Of a stretch of 64,000 nt of DNA, positions 40,743-51,598 are shown piece after piece. The notes beneath the pieces were generated by a model. It made no database searches, was not told the origin of the DNA, and saw nothing but the letters and a program-made list of their open reading frames with translations. Source of the DNA: an uncultured Chitinophagaceae bacterium (GTDB lineage: Bacteria > Bacteroidota > Ignavibacteria > Kapaibacteriales > UBA961); the NCBI GenBank assembly GCA_964527785.1, contig CAZGNO010000009.1:3268-67267 (forward strand), given 5' to 3'. Every line of letters begins with the position of its first letter. The stretch's first letter is position 1. The position numbers and the translations under genes are program-made.

Positions 40743-41540
40743 CTAACACTCCCGCACAATACCCTCAACAAGCACCCGCAAATTCTCCTCTGCCTTTGCT
40801 GCTGCTAGAATCACTTCCGCATGAGAAACGTAGTGTGCAGCATCAGGTCTGCATTCATTCGTAATTAACGAGAGTCCTATCACCTCCATCCGTAATTGAC
40901 GGGCAATAAGCGTTTCGGGGACACTACTCATACCTACAGCATCACCACCGATTTTTCGCATAAAACGTATTTCCGCACGGGTTTCATAATTTGGACCGGT
41001 AACAGCAAGGTATGTTCCTTTTCGTAGGGTTATTTTAGCGGAAAGGGCAATGCTTTCAGCAATTGAGGCGAGGTGAGATGAATAAGGATTGCTCATATCA
41101 ACAAACCGGTTCATTGTTGAATTTCGGGCAATTAGTGGATTAGCCCACTGAAAGTTGATATGGTCGTCAATGAGCATAATATCACCTGCTCGGAACTGAG
41201 GGTTTAATCCTCCGCAAGCATTCGTCTGGAATAGTATTTCCGCACCTAGCTGATGCAGGAGGCGAACCGGAAAAACCACCTCATCGGGAGTATATCCCTC
41301 GTAAAGATGAAAGCGACCTTGGAAAACAGCAACAGGTGTACCGCCCAAGAATCCAAGCGATAACACACCTCTATGTGAATCAACAGTCGAAACAGGGAAA
41401 TTCGGAATATCTGCGTAATTGATTGCTGCAAGAACTTCCATCCCGTCACAAACTCCGCTAAGCCCGCTTCCGAGAATTATTCCTACACGCGGATGAAATT
41501 CTTGCGATAGAGTATATATAATCGGCTGCTTCAATGACAT
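40743..41540 (-). CDS. purine nucleoside / 5'-methylthioadenosine phosphorylase, PNP/MTAP family
   Basis: PNP_UDP_1 fold motifs (GIILGSGL, TNACGGLNP, phosphate- and ribose-binding residues). Starts 21 bp after the stop of the upstream sensor-kinase gene. Confidence 0.8.
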   Translation of the reverse strand: MSLKQPIIYTLSQEFHPRVGIILGSGLSGVCDGMEVLAAINYADIPNFPVSTVDSHRGVLSLGFLGGTPVAVFQGRFHLYEGYTPDEVVFPVRLLHQLGAEILFQTNACGGLNPQFRAGDIMLIDDHINFQWANPLIARNSTMNRFVDMSNPYSSHLASIAESIALSAKITLRKGTYLAVTGPNYETRAEIRFMRKIGGDAVGMSSVPETLIARQLRMEVIGLSLITNECRPDAAHYVSHAEVILAAAKAEENLRVLVEGIVREC

Positions 41541-41561
41541 TGGAATTTGGAACCGGGTGCA

Positions 41562-44500
41562 TTATTTACTCTGCATAAATTCAGCAGCAGGAAGCTCAAC
41601 AACAAACGTTGTGCCTTGCCCGACAACACTTTCACACCATACCTGACCACCCATAACTTCAACCAGTTTTTTAACAATGGAAAGTCCGAGTCCTGATGAA
41701 TGTTCGCCTCCGGTTGGCTTGGCTGAAAGTCGGACATATCGTCCGAAAAGTTTCTTTTTATCCTCATCACTTATACCCGGACCCCCATCTTTCACTTCCA
41801 TTCTCACCATATTTTCCGTAGCACGAACCGTCAATTGAACGCTTTTATTTTGAGGAGAGAATTTAATTGCATTCGAGACCAGATTGTCGAGAATTTCGTG
41901 CGTGGCGGTTTGGTCGGCAAGGGCAAGCGTTTCTTTCGGAGGTACGTCGAGTTTCAGCCGTATTCCTTTGGCAGATGAGCGTTCCAAAAATTCACGCACT
42001 ACGCTTGTAGCAAGTGCAGATGCATCGAACTTCTCCACTTTCAGATTCATTTTGCCGGTTTCAATAGCATTAATATCAAGAAGGTTGATGATAATATCCT
42101 TCATTCGTCCGGCAGAAGTCTCTATTTTTTCCATCATTTTGATAACTTCATCCTGAGGAAGCATCGTGAAATACCGCTTGATATTGGCTGCAGTCAATGC
42201 AATACCTGCTAGCGGATTCTTCAAATCATGTGCTACAATTCCGAGAACTTCTGTTTTATCCTCGTTCAATTGCACAAGGTCTTTGTTCAAATCACTTATC
42301 TCAATGACAGTGTCGGCTAGCTCTTTATTCACTTTTTCGAGTGATGTATTTGCAAGTAACAAATCTTTGGTACGCTCTTGAATAATAATTTCCAGTTCTT
42401 CTTTTCTGGCAATCAAACTGCGTACTCGCAAACGGTAGAATAAGAACCCAATCCCTATTACTGCAAATGCTGCAAGAATTTTGAACCACCATGTTTGATA
42501 AAAAAACGGGTTTACAGTAAAATTGACAGTTGCTCCGCCCTCATTCCAAACCCCGTCATTATTACTTGCTGTTACTTGAAATGTATAGTCACCCGGGGCT
42601 AAATTTGTAAAATATGCAGTTCTGCGCGAGCCGGCTTCCGTCCATGTAGTATCAATCTCTACAATGCGGTATTTGAACTTCACATTCTCAGGTACAAGTA
42701 AACTGAGTCCTGTATAGGTAAAATCAATTTTATTTGTACCTGCCTGAAAAACGAGTGATTCAGATGGAGAAAATACAGATGCATCAGTTTTAATCTCTTC
42801 GATTACTACCGGCGGAGGTAACGGATTACTGTGCATTCTATCGGGTACAACCGAGGACATCCCGCCAACAGTTGGGAAGCAAATCATTCCGCTTTTCGTT
42901 TGCCATGCAGACGGCGAAAAGCCACTGTTGCATTCTACAGACTTCATGCCGTCTTCTTTACCATACACCATTGCTACCACTGCTTTTGTTTTACCATCCA
43001 TCACATCTTCAATTTCCTTCTTACCTACTCGAAAAATACCTTTCGTGCAACTCATCCATAAACTACCCCCGGCATCCTCAATGATAGAAAAAACACGATT
43101 GTCGTAGAGCCCGTCCTTGGCAGTGATTGTTGTAAACCGTCCGTCTTTGAGCCGTGTGAGCCCCCTATTGCTCCCAAACCAAATTGTTCCGTTTGCATCT
43201 TCTTTCATGCAACGAATTTCATTGGAAGGTAATCCGTTTAGGGAAGTATATGGTATAAATTTACCACTTGCAAAGCAACTCACTCCGCTCCCTAAGCATG
43301 AAGCCCAAATTCTTCCTGTCTTATCTTCAATTATTGACGCAACCAGACCCTTTTGCAACCCGCCTGGTGCAGGAGCGTAGCGTGTTATGGCATTATTTCT
43401 AACTGATAAGAGTGCTTGTGTCGTACCTATCCAAAGAGTTCCTGTACGATCTTGACAGAAAGAGTAGGCGACTTCCGGTGCTTCGGAATCGAGCGATAAT
43501 TCAGAGAACTTACCATCAGTATATTTTTCAACTTTTCCTACAGCCCCTCCTATCCAAAGAGTCCCTTCGTTATCTTCGAATAATGCTGTAATAGGATTCG
43601 TACTCGATAGACCGTTTCTTGAATTGAATGTTGTGAATATATTATTTTGCAGGCGACTTAATCCGTTTGAAGTTGCGATCCATAATGCCCCGTCCCTTGT
43701 TTCGATAATCGAGCGTATGTAATCACCCGAAAGCCCGTCGGTCGCTGTAATAGTTGAAAAAGCAGCATCACGAAAACGATAAAGTCCATTGGTAAATGTT
43801 CCTACCCATAAACTTCCTTCTCTGTCTTCGCAGAGTGAGAGTACAGCATCGTCAGGTATAATGGTTTCCGGAAAATCTACCGATTGACCATTTGAACTGA
43901 AACGCGACAATCCATGAGTAGTCCCGATCCATATATTCCCGTCCTTATCTGCTAGAAGCGACTGAACCGGGCTGTTTGGAAACCTGGCAACCATTGATGA
44001 CATCTGTACTTCACCTTTTGCAAGTTTTACTACATTATCACTGGCAGCCACCCAAATATTTCCTTGCTTGTCTGCGCAAAGTCCGGTAATAGTTGCCTGC
44101 GGAAAACCGTTTTCACGAGCAAGTACACCTGAAGCGTATTTATAAAGTCCGTCAGGTGTACCAATCCAAACAGCGTTGTTACCATTACAAAACGAATATT
44201 TGAACCCCTGTGGCAATTGTTGTGTTTTCAGTGCCTCAATCGGTGCTCCGTTTTCTAAACGAAATATACCGTTTGATGAACCTATCCACACCATACCGGA
44301 AGCATCAGTAAATAATTTATTAATACTTCCAAACATCCGCTGATGACCAATTCGCGTTATTTTTTTTTCTTCAAATTTATAGAGTCCCGATGTTCTCGTA
44401 CCAAAATATAGGTTGTTATTTTTATCTTCGGTAATTGCAAGAATGCTGTTGCCTGTTAATTCAGGAAAATTATTTTGGTCAAAATTTGTAAATTTCACCC

Positions 44501-44732
44501 CGTCAAAACGCACCAACCCATCGAACGTACCCAGCCAAACATATCCGTTATGAGTTTGAAATATTGACGGGATTGTATTAGAAGGCAATCCTTTTTCTAT
44601 TTGCCAAATATTACGGGAATATTGGGTGGGTAGTTTATTGCCATCCAGTGCCAAAAGCAGGGAAGGTAAACTAAGGGCAATACTTACAATCAGTAATAGA
44701 CGGCAGCAGAGTAACTGAAAAGATGGTTTCAT
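41562..44732 (-). CDS. sensor histidine kinase with a periplasmic two-component-regulator beta-propeller and Y_Y_Y domain
   Basis: Signal peptide; about 11 propeller repeats (W[IV]GT..GL.R[FL]); Y_Y_Y region; one TM helix; coiled coil; HisKA (VAHDLKNPL) and HATPase_c. No receiver or HTH domain and no adjacent response regulator. Confidence 0.85.
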   Translation of the reverse strand: MKPSFQLLCCRLLLIVSIALSLPSLLLALDGNKLPTQYSRNIWQIEKGLPSNTIPSIFQTHNGYVWLGTFDGLVRFDGVKFTNFDQNNFPELTGNSILAITEDKNNNLYFGTRTSGLYKFEEKKITRIGHQRMFGSINKLFTDASGMVWIGSSNGIFRLENGAPIEALKTQQLPQGFKYSFCNGNNAVWIGTPDGLYKYASGVLARENGFPQATITGLCADKQGNIWVAASDNVVKLAKGEVQMSSMVARFPNSPVQSLLADKDGNIWIGTTHGLSRFSSNGQSVDFPETIIPDDAVLSLCEDREGSLWVGTFTNGLYRFRDAAFSTITATDGLSGDYIRSIIETRDGALWIATSNGLSRLQNNIFTTFNSRNGLSSTNPITALFEDNEGTLWIGGAVGKVEKYTDGKFSELSLDSEAPEVAYSFCQDRTGTLWIGTTQALLSVRNNAITRYAPAPGGLQKGLVASIIEDKTGRIWASCLGSGVSCFASGKFIPYTSLNGLPSNEIRCMKEDANGTIWFGSNRGLTRLKDGRFTTITAKDGLYDNRVFSIIEDAGGSLWMSCTKGIFRVGKKEIEDVMDGKTKAVVAMVYGKEDGMKSVECNSGFSPSAWQTKSGMICFPTVGGMSSVVPDRMHSNPLPPPVVIEEIKTDASVFSPSESLVFQAGTNKIDFTYTGLSLLVPENVKFKYRIVEIDTTWTEAGSRRTAYFTNLAPGDYTFQVTASNNDGVWNEGGATVNFTVNPFFYQTWWFKILAAFAVIGIGFLFYRLRVRSLIARKEELEIIIQERTKDLLLANTSLEKVNKELADTVIEISDLNKDLVQLNEDKTEVLGIVAHDLKNPLAGIALTAANIKRYFTMLPQDEVIKMMEKIETSAGRMKDIIINLLDINAIETGKMNLKVEKFDASALATSVVREFLERSSAKGIRLKLDVPPKETLALADQTATHEILDNLVSNAIKFSPQNKSVQLTVRATENMVRMEVKDGGPGISDEDKKKLFGRYVRLSAKPTGGEHSSGLGLSIVKKLVEVMGGQVWCESVVGQGTTFVVELPAAEFMQSK

Positions 44733-44939
44733 ATATTTACAAGAATTTCGACCGTAAACCGAACTATAGTATGGAATAAATCAAACAACTAAATTTTCTG
44801 GCATTGCCAATTTATTATAGCACATGGTACGTCTAAGTAGTTTTTTGGGTTTCATGACCAAATTTGGCAAGTAGTTGAATCCTTCCGAGCGGGCTCAGGG
44901 TGACGTAACTTACTAAAAAAAGAAATAAATATATGTATT

Positions 44940-45380
44940 ATTCTGAGTTCTCGACAGCCGCCCAAAGCCAGCTGCAAAATAATGCAAGGATAAAAAAATA
45001 AAACAGTTGCCTTCTGTCATTCTGAAGGAATCCTCGACTGAAGAATCTCAGTTTAATTGAATCTTGAGAATTATGTATTTCTTTACCAACTGAACTTAAC
45101 TTTTTCTTTTTTTAAGGATGTTTTTAATTCCCGGAGTATCACCTAAACTGAGATTCTTCGGTTTAAGAAGCCCTGTAAATGACATCTCTTAAATTGCCCG
45201 TCATTCTGAGTGCAACGAAGAATCTCCGTATGCACATCCGTCCAGCAGGTTTTCACGTTCTTACGGAGATTCTTCACTCGAAGACTCCTTCAGAATGACA
45301 GAATGCAACTATTTTATTTTTTTGTCCTTGCATTATTTTGCAGCTGGCTTTGGGCGACTATCTGGAACTCTGAATGACGA
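44940..45380. repeat. roughly 440-bp nested inverted-repeat element (MITE-like) in the region upstream of the sensor kinase
   Basis: Terminal inverted repeats of about 110 bp at about 90% identity (44940-45050 against 45265-45380), including a perfect 32-bp core CGCCCAAAGCCAGCTGCAAAATAATGCAAGGA. Inside are three copies of the unit GTCATTCTGA-N7..14-GAAGAATCTC and a 15-bp inner inverted repeat (45041-45057 / 45144-45159). No ORF. Confidence 0.6.
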
Positions 45381-45484
45381 GCAGATGTAAGGATGTCATT
45401 TACAGCCCATAGAAACATACGTATACTTACCTATTTTTATGCTTACTATAAAGCTATACTTAAATAGCAATACCAACTTTCTTA

Positions 45485-46396
45485 CTATTCATCAACTGCT
45501 ATAATTAAAAATTGTGCAGGTAGCCAGAATTTTTCGCTGTCCGTGATGTGGAGTGCTGTAATTTTCTTGTTTTCGTCGTATTTCGGCTGCAAAAATTTTG
45601 GATTGTGCGCTGAAACTACTGCAAATCGTTTGCATTTTTTTAGAAAAACGATATCTGTCTGTTCCAAAACATTGAACGAATTGAATTTCTTTGGATTGAT
45701 TTCTTTAGCAGGTGCCAGTGCTTGCCCGTGCTTACCGAGTACCCACAGGTCTGCCCCACCAACCCGTTGCGCAATCCCACGTTTGATGAGTTCATCCTCT
45801 GTACCTACAGAATAATACACAAATTTTGCTTGCGGCTCCGCAGGTTTAGGAGCTTCGGCAACTGTCTCTGTTGAAGTAGGTTTGCCGGTCTGCTGATTTT
45901 TAGCAATCAGACTGTCCTTGGCACGAAGCTCGTAGAAATCACCGTAGAGTTTTCGGACATCAGTTTCTTGGCTCACGCATTTTTCTTTCATCGAAGCCAG
46001 CTTTAGTTTTATTGCATTCGTATTGGCGGCAAGCTGTGGATTTTGGCGTTCAATTGCCATAATTTTATTTTCAAGGTCGGCTATCCTGCTTTTGCTTGCA
46101 TTAATAACATTCGAAACTGAATCCAGTGTCCCGAACCATTTTGCCGTTTCTTCATCCGCACCTTCACGTCGAATGGTCTTACCGCTTTCACCCGATAAAA
46201 AAAGTAGCTTATCATACACTTCGTTGATGGTTGATGTAGAGTTTTCCATTACTTCCATTAAACTGTCTTTTTGACTTCCGAGAGCCAGCATCTCGGCATA
46301 TTGTGCCTTTTCATTCTGCAATTTTACTATTTCTTCTTTGCTCGTGCAGCCAATCAGAACTGCAACAGTAAAGAGAACTAGAGTAGTTTTAAGCAT
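45485..46396 (-). CDS. hypothetical coiled-coil lipoprotein
   Basis: Lipobox LIGCTS. A long helical segment, then a C-terminal globular region. No recognisable catalytic motif. Confidence 0.5.
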   Translation of the reverse strand: MLKTTLVLFTVAVLIGCTSKEEIVKLQNEKAQYAEMLALGSQKDSLMEVMENSTSTINEVYDKLLFLSGESGKTIRREGADEETAKWFGTLDSVSNVINASKSRIADLENKIMAIERQNPQLAANTNAIKLKLASMKEKCVSQETDVRKLYGDFYELRAKDSLIAKNQQTGKPTSTETVAEAPKPAEPQAKFVYYSVGTEDELIKRGIAQRVGGADLWVLGKHGQALAPAKEINPKKFNSFNVLEQTDIVFLKKCKRFAVVSAHNPKFLQPKYDENKKITALHITDSEKFWLPAQFLIIAVDE

Positions 46397-46456
46397 TGCC
46401 GTACTCCAAATAATTTTTGAAAAAATATCGTAAATTTCTATTTATAAATAAGAATG

Positions 46457-48646
46457 CTATCTCGAGGTGTTAATTTCTACCACAAATGTAGCTCCATTAC
46501 CTTCAGTGCTTTCACAATAGATTGTTCCTCCGAGAAGTTCTACCATTTTTTTGGTTATGAACAGCCCAAGTCCGTTTGAATCCTCGCCTCCGGTGGGTAT
46601 TGCCGAAAGCCGGGCAAAACTCCTGAATAGTCGCTGTTTGTCACTTTCGGAGATTCCGGGACCTTCATCTTGTACTGCAATATAAAATCCTTTTGGAGTC
46701 CTACACAACTGAATCTCTACTGTTTTTTCCCGTGGAGAATATTTTACAGCATTTGAAAGTAAATTATCAACAACTTCCGTGAGCATTGTCTCGTCAGTAA
46801 TTTCTATAATAGGATCGGCTTCTGCATCAAAGACAACCTGAATTGCTTTATTCTTTGCTATAGGTCTGAATGAGTGTATAAGTTCTTGAATTAACACAGT
46901 AATATTGGTTTCGGCAAAGGTTGGCGAAATTTTTCCCGATTCAAGGGCATTAATATCGAGAAACTTCTTTACCAACTTGAACATCCGTTCCGTAATTACT
47001 TGTATATCGGATGCAAAATCAGCTACCTCCGCAGATGAAAGATGGTCGGCTTCTTTTCCCAAAAGTTTAGAAAGCATCAGTACATTTGAGAGTGGATTCT
47101 TGAGGTCGTGCGAAGCAATGGTAAGAAAGTCGCTTTTCTGCCTGTTCAAATCTTGAAGTTGGCTGTTAGCTTCAGCGAGCTCAATAGTTTTCAATCTATG
47201 AATTTCAGACTCGTGCCGAGCAGTCTCCAGTTCATGATTCGCCTGAAGTTGATTTATTTTTTGCGAATTCTCTTTGCTAAATATCTGTTTTTCGAGTGAT
47301 GCTGCATATTGAGTATGTTCCAATGCTTTCCGGTAGTTTTCTGCTAATAAATATACAGCAGAAAATTGTTGATGGATCTGACATAATAATGATTTTGATT
47401 CAAGCTCTTCTGCTAATAGCAATGAACTGTCCAGAAGTGGAAGTGCTGTAGTATAGTCTCCCTTGAGAATATAGAACTTTGCCATATCTTGCAGACATTC
47501 GGCTTCGCCTGATTTATCATGAATCAACCTGTAGAGCTCCAGCCCTTTTTGAATTGCCGATAATGCCGATTCATAGTCTCCGGTTGCTGCCTGAATGCTC
47601 CCTAGATTCGTAAGAGCAATTGCCTCGCCTTCCTTGTTTCCAATTTGCCTTGAAATTTCTAAACTACGCTTCGTAAAATCTGATGCTACAGAATACTCTT
47701 TCTGTTCAAAATAAGTACTGCCAATTGCTTCAAGTGTATCAGCTTCACCGTGCTTATCGCCAATTTCCACTTCTATAGCCAATGCAAGCTCATAATATTC
47801 AAGTGTCTTGTCATGTTCCCCTGTTTCCGAATAAATATTCGCAATATTATGTAATGATACTGCTTCACGACGACGATCGCTCACTTCATGCCACAGTTTA
47901 ATACCCTTAAAAAAACAACGTAATGCTTCGGAATAATTACCCTGACGGTAAAAAAGCAATCCGATATTATTCGAGCAATCTCCGCAAGCAATCACATCAC
48001 CCGATTCTTCGAGTAAGTGTAAACTTTGATTATAATATTCGTATGCTTTTGTATAATCACCGAGAGCAGCATATACATTACCCATATTGATACCGCACCC
48101 TGCAACTCCTAAACGGTCATTCAATTCTTCTTTTATTACAATGCTTTTTTGGAAATAACTGAGTGCTTCAACGAAATCACCGCGTTCATGAAGTGTATTG
48201 CCTATACCGTTCAACGCACGATCTTGGAGTGGTTTGTCATCCAATTGAATTGCTCTCGAAAAAGCTGATTCATATAGTTTTTGTGCTTCACCGAAATCGC
48301 CCAATGCAAAATGACAGTTTCCCAAATAATAATCAACCAATGCTACACCCCCGGCGTCATCAGATTCTTGAAACAGATCTAAAGCTCTATTACAATATTC
48401 CACTGCAGCATGATAGTCGGCAAGCATAACTAAACTTGAACACTGCACAAGCAATCCTCTGGCAATACCGTTTGTATATCCTATTTCTTCGGCACTATGA
48501 ATGTTATTAGCAGCAACGGAAAATGCTTCTTTGGGTTGTGATTGTGAATTGAGCTGCACAGCATACTCGTTCCTGCGGTCTATTTCTTCAGAAGAGACAG
48601 ACGTAATTATTTGTTCAGACAGGGTATTATGAGTAAATTTTTGCAT
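46457..48646 (-). CDS. cytoplasmic TPR-repeat sensor histidine kinase
   Basis: About 8 TPR repeats, a coiled coil, HisKA (ASHDLKNPL) and HATPase_c (G-boxes). No TM segment. No adjacent response regulator. Confidence 0.85.
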   Translation of the reverse strand: MQKFTHNTLSEQIITSVSSEEIDRRNEYAVQLNSQSQPKEAFSVAANNIHSAEEIGYTNGIARGLLVQCSSLVMLADYHAAVEYCNRALDLFQESDDAGGVALVDYYLGNCHFALGDFGEAQKLYESAFSRAIQLDDKPLQDRALNGIGNTLHERGDFVEALSYFQKSIVIKEELNDRLGVAGCGINMGNVYAALGDYTKAYEYYNQSLHLLEESGDVIACGDCSNNIGLLFYRQGNYSEALRCFFKGIKLWHEVSDRRREAVSLHNIANIYSETGEHDKTLEYYELALAIEVEIGDKHGEADTLEAIGSTYFEQKEYSVASDFTKRSLEISRQIGNKEGEAIALTNLGSIQAATGDYESALSAIQKGLELYRLIHDKSGEAECLQDMAKFYILKGDYTTALPLLDSSLLLAEELESKSLLCQIHQQFSAVYLLAENYRKALEHTQYAASLEKQIFSKENSQKINQLQANHELETARHESEIHRLKTIELAEANSQLQDLNRQKSDFLTIASHDLKNPLSNVLMLSKLLGKEADHLSSAEVADFASDIQVITERMFKLVKKFLDINALESGKISPTFAETNITVLIQELIHSFRPIAKNKAIQVVFDAEADPIIEITDETMLTEVVDNLLSNAVKYSPREKTVEIQLCRTPKGFYIAVQDEGPGISESDKQRLFRSFARLSAIPTGGEDSNGLGLFITKKMVELLGGTIYCESTEGNGATFVVEINTSR

Positions 48647-48850
48647 TAAGATTTGCGGGAATTATATATGCGTTATCGCTCAGTGTTCAGCATAATAATT
48701 GCAAATTACAAAAGTAGTTATTGGCAACAAAGAATAAGGATAAATTTACGCTTATCTCGAACATTTTATTCACAAAACACTTACATATCTTTGTTGCCGT
48801 CCATAATCGAAATTTAATACAGTTCACCTCTATTTACGTTTGTATCCCCC

Positions 48851-51409
48851 ATGATAAGACTATTTTTTTGTACTGTTTTGGTTCTTTCTGCATTCTCATT
48901 TCAAGCACTTGCTCAAACCACCGAAATTCGTGGAACAGTTGCCGACCAAACAGGGAAGCCGCTTGTAGGTGTTACCGTATTAATCAAGCAACTCGAACGG
49001 GGAACACAATCAAAGACAGGAGGTATATTTACGCTCAGTGCAGTTCCTCAAGGTAAATATATTTTGGAAGCCCGGCTTATCGGCTACGAACCTGCCCGTC
49101 AGGAAATAAACGTTTCGGTTACAGAAAAAAATGAATATAAGTTCTCACTGCGGCAAACTGCCGTTGAAATGAAAAGTGTAGAAGTAACAGCTAGTCGCCG
49201 TACGCAGGAACAGTCCGACACCCGAACAAGTATTCTGACAATCGAGCCGCGTGATGCCAAATTCAAAGCAGGTGCCGCAGAAGATGTTCTACGTTCACTA
49301 CAAACTTTACCCGGAGTGGTCGCACCAAATGACTTTTCGTCCCAATTGATTATTAGAGGAAGCGGACCTGACCAGAATCTCATTATCATGGATAATATCG
49401 AGGTATTTAATCCGTACCGTCTCTACGGATTTGTTTCGATGTTCAACCCTGAAACGGTAAGCGGGATTACTCTCATGACCGGCGGCTTTCCTGCAAAGTA
49501 TTCAGATCGCCTCTCGGCAGTTTTAGATATAACCAACCGTGTCGGGACAAAAGACCGTACATTCGGCGGTATGGCAAATGTGAGTTTAACAAACGCCAAT
49601 CTTGTTACTGAAGGGGCACTGCCATTTTGGGAGGGTTCGTGGATTCTCTCTACCCGCCGTACTTATTACGACTTGATAGCAGGACCGATAGCTAAAGCAT
49701 CAGGGGCTGTAGACGGTGATATTGCACTCCCTAATTTCCGTGATATTCAAGTGAAAATTGCTCTTTCTCCATTTGATAACAGTACATTCTATCTTAACGG
49801 CATTTCCAGTCGCGACAACACAGAACTTACAAGTGGTGCATCCCGCAAGCAAGCAGACAGCATTAGTATTTTCGACAAATCATTCAATGATGTAGCGGGC
49901 TTGACATGGGTTTGGTCACCCACTACAAAACTTGTCAGTACGACCACACTTTCGTACTATCAGAATATGGGTGCTAATAATTTCGGGGGCGAAGGTGGCA
50001 GCAATGCACTCTTTGGCGATTCAGTCACACGTGAAAGTTTAGAGAAAATACAGGATTCGTTGAAAAAATTGGGTTTGGAAGTTCCTACTCTTTACAGTGT
50101 AGAGGGTAGCACAAGTTTTAATTTCAAGAAAACTTCGTTCAAGTCAGACTTAAGTTGGAATATCACACCGGAGCATCTTATCGAGGTGGGCGGTGCTGTA
50201 GATTTCATTACAACGGGAGTTGATTTTGAGATAATTTTCGACCCGCGGCTAAAGGCACTTCGTGCCTCCAATCCACGAATCGCCGCTCTGCCGGAGTCGT
50301 TTGGAACATCTATAGATTACCTGCGGACAAACGTCTATCTACAGGACAACATTAAAATTACAAAAGATTTTACCTTCCAACCCGGATTGCGTCTTGACCG
50401 TTTTGAAATTATTAACCGCACCTATATTTCTCCGCGGATCTCGGCATCGTATGCCCTTGACCCGACAACAACTCTGCGTGGTGCATGGGGAATGTACTAT
50501 CAATCTCCCGGCTACGAAAAACTATTCGACCGACAGGTTTTTCTCGACTTGACCACATCGGCTGTACAATCGCTCAAAGCTGAGAAGGCAGTACATTATA
50601 TTCTTGGTTTGGAGCGTATGCTTACACCCGAATGGCAAGTTCGTGTGGAGGGATATTATAAAGATTTTAGCGATTTGATTCTTCAGGAAAAGTTACAGGG
50701 GACAAATTACCGCACAGAGCGCATTGAAGGAAAAGATATTACCCAGCGTGAGGGATGGACTGCCCCAATTGCATTTGAAGGTGATTCGATAACCGCAACA
50801 CCAGTTAATAATGCTACTGGCAATGCATATGGTGTTGAATTTTTCTTACAGAAAATGCAATCAGTGGGTGACAACCAGTTCTATGGTTGGGTATCATACT
50901 CGTATGGATTTGCAAACCGGTACCGAGACGGGTTTACCATTCCATTTAATTTCGACCGTCGTCATAATTTTAGCATAACCGGCGGATGGAAGGCAAATTC
51001 ATGGCTGGATATTAATTTTACGTGGAGCTATGGTACAGGTTTCCCATGGACAAAACCGGTTGGGGTAAAGCCGCGCATTATCCAAGAAAAAGACACTCTT
51101 ACAGGACAGAATGTTGCTAAAATTGATGAAGATTGGCGCGGAGTGGTGTTTGCAATAGACAGAGGCGGTGACGAAAACCTCAACAAAGCACGGCTGCCTG
51201 AATACCACCGTCTGGATATTCGCGGCACTACCTACGCTGATTGGTTTGGTTGGAAATGGAGTTTTTATCTGGATATTATCAACGTCTATAACCGCAAGAA
51301 CATCCTCTCGGAAAATTACCGTGTGAACCGCGAGACGCTGGAAATAGCAACTTCTCAAACAGCTATGCTCCCGATTTTGCCGACCATCGGGTTTAGTGTG
51401 AAGTTTTGA
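48851..51409 (+). CDS. TonB-dependent receptor with an N-terminal carboxypeptidase-regulatory-like domain
   Basis: Signal peptide; CarbopepD_reg-like beta-sandwich (IRGTVADQTGKPLVGVTVLI...GKYILEARLIGYE); plug domain (QLIIRGSGPDQNLIIMDNIEVFNPYRLYG); barrel ending in ...FSVKF. Confidence 0.8.
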   Translation: MIRLFFCTVLVLSAFSFQALAQTTEIRGTVADQTGKPLVGVTVLIKQLERGTQSKTGGIFTLSAVPQGKYILEARLIGYEPARQEINVSVTEKNEYKFSLRQTAVEMKSVEVTASRRTQEQSDTRTSILTIEPRDAKFKAGAAEDVLRSLQTLPGVVAPNDFSSQLIIRGSGPDQNLIIMDNIEVFNPYRLYGFVSMFNPETVSGITLMTGGFPAKYSDRLSAVLDITNRVGTKDRTFGGMANVSLTNANLVTEGALPFWEGSWILSTRRTYYDLIAGPIAKASGAVDGDIALPNFRDIQVKIALSPFDNSTFYLNGISSRDNTELTSGASRKQADSISIFDKSFNDVAGLTWVWSPTTKLVSTTTLSYYQNMGANNFGGEGGSNALFGDSVTRESLEKIQDSLKKLGLEVPTLYSVEGSTSFNFKKTSFKSDLSWNITPEHLIEVGGAVDFITTGVDFEIIFDPRLKALRASNPRIAALPESFGTSIDYLRTNVYLQDNIKITKDFTFQPGLRLDRFEIINRTYISPRISASYALDPTTTLRGAWGMYYQSPGYEKLFDRQVFLDLTTSAVQSLKAEKAVHYILGLERMLTPEWQVRVEGYYKDFSDLILQEKLQGTNYRTERIEGKDITQREGWTAPIAFEGDSITATPVNNATGNAYGVEFFLQKMQSVGDNQFYGWVSYSYGFANRYRDGFTIPFNFDRRHNFSITGGWKANSWLDINFTWSYGTGFPWTKPVGVKPRIIQEKDTLTGQNVAKIDEDWRGVVFAIDRGGDENLNKARLPEYHRLDIRGTTYADWFGWKWSFYLDIINVYNRKNILSENYRVNRETLEIATSQTAMLPILPTIGFSVKF

Positions 51410-51598
51410 ATTACATAACGCCACGATAAATTTCAATAATTAAATAAATATCTTAGGTCAGGTAAACTTCTAACCGTCTCGTTCTGCTTTGAGTATTATT
51501 TTTTAACAACATTCACTGCGTCCGACTCAAAGATTGTATATTTGAGGAATTAAATAGCTTACCAGCGTTTGCTTTCTGTCTAACTGCAACAACTGTCA

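Noticed and set aside
44940-45380. Insertion sequence with a transposase
   Set aside because: The element contains no ORF of meaningful length on either strand, so it cannot be an autonomous IS. At best it is a non-autonomous MITE-like element or a structural palindrome.
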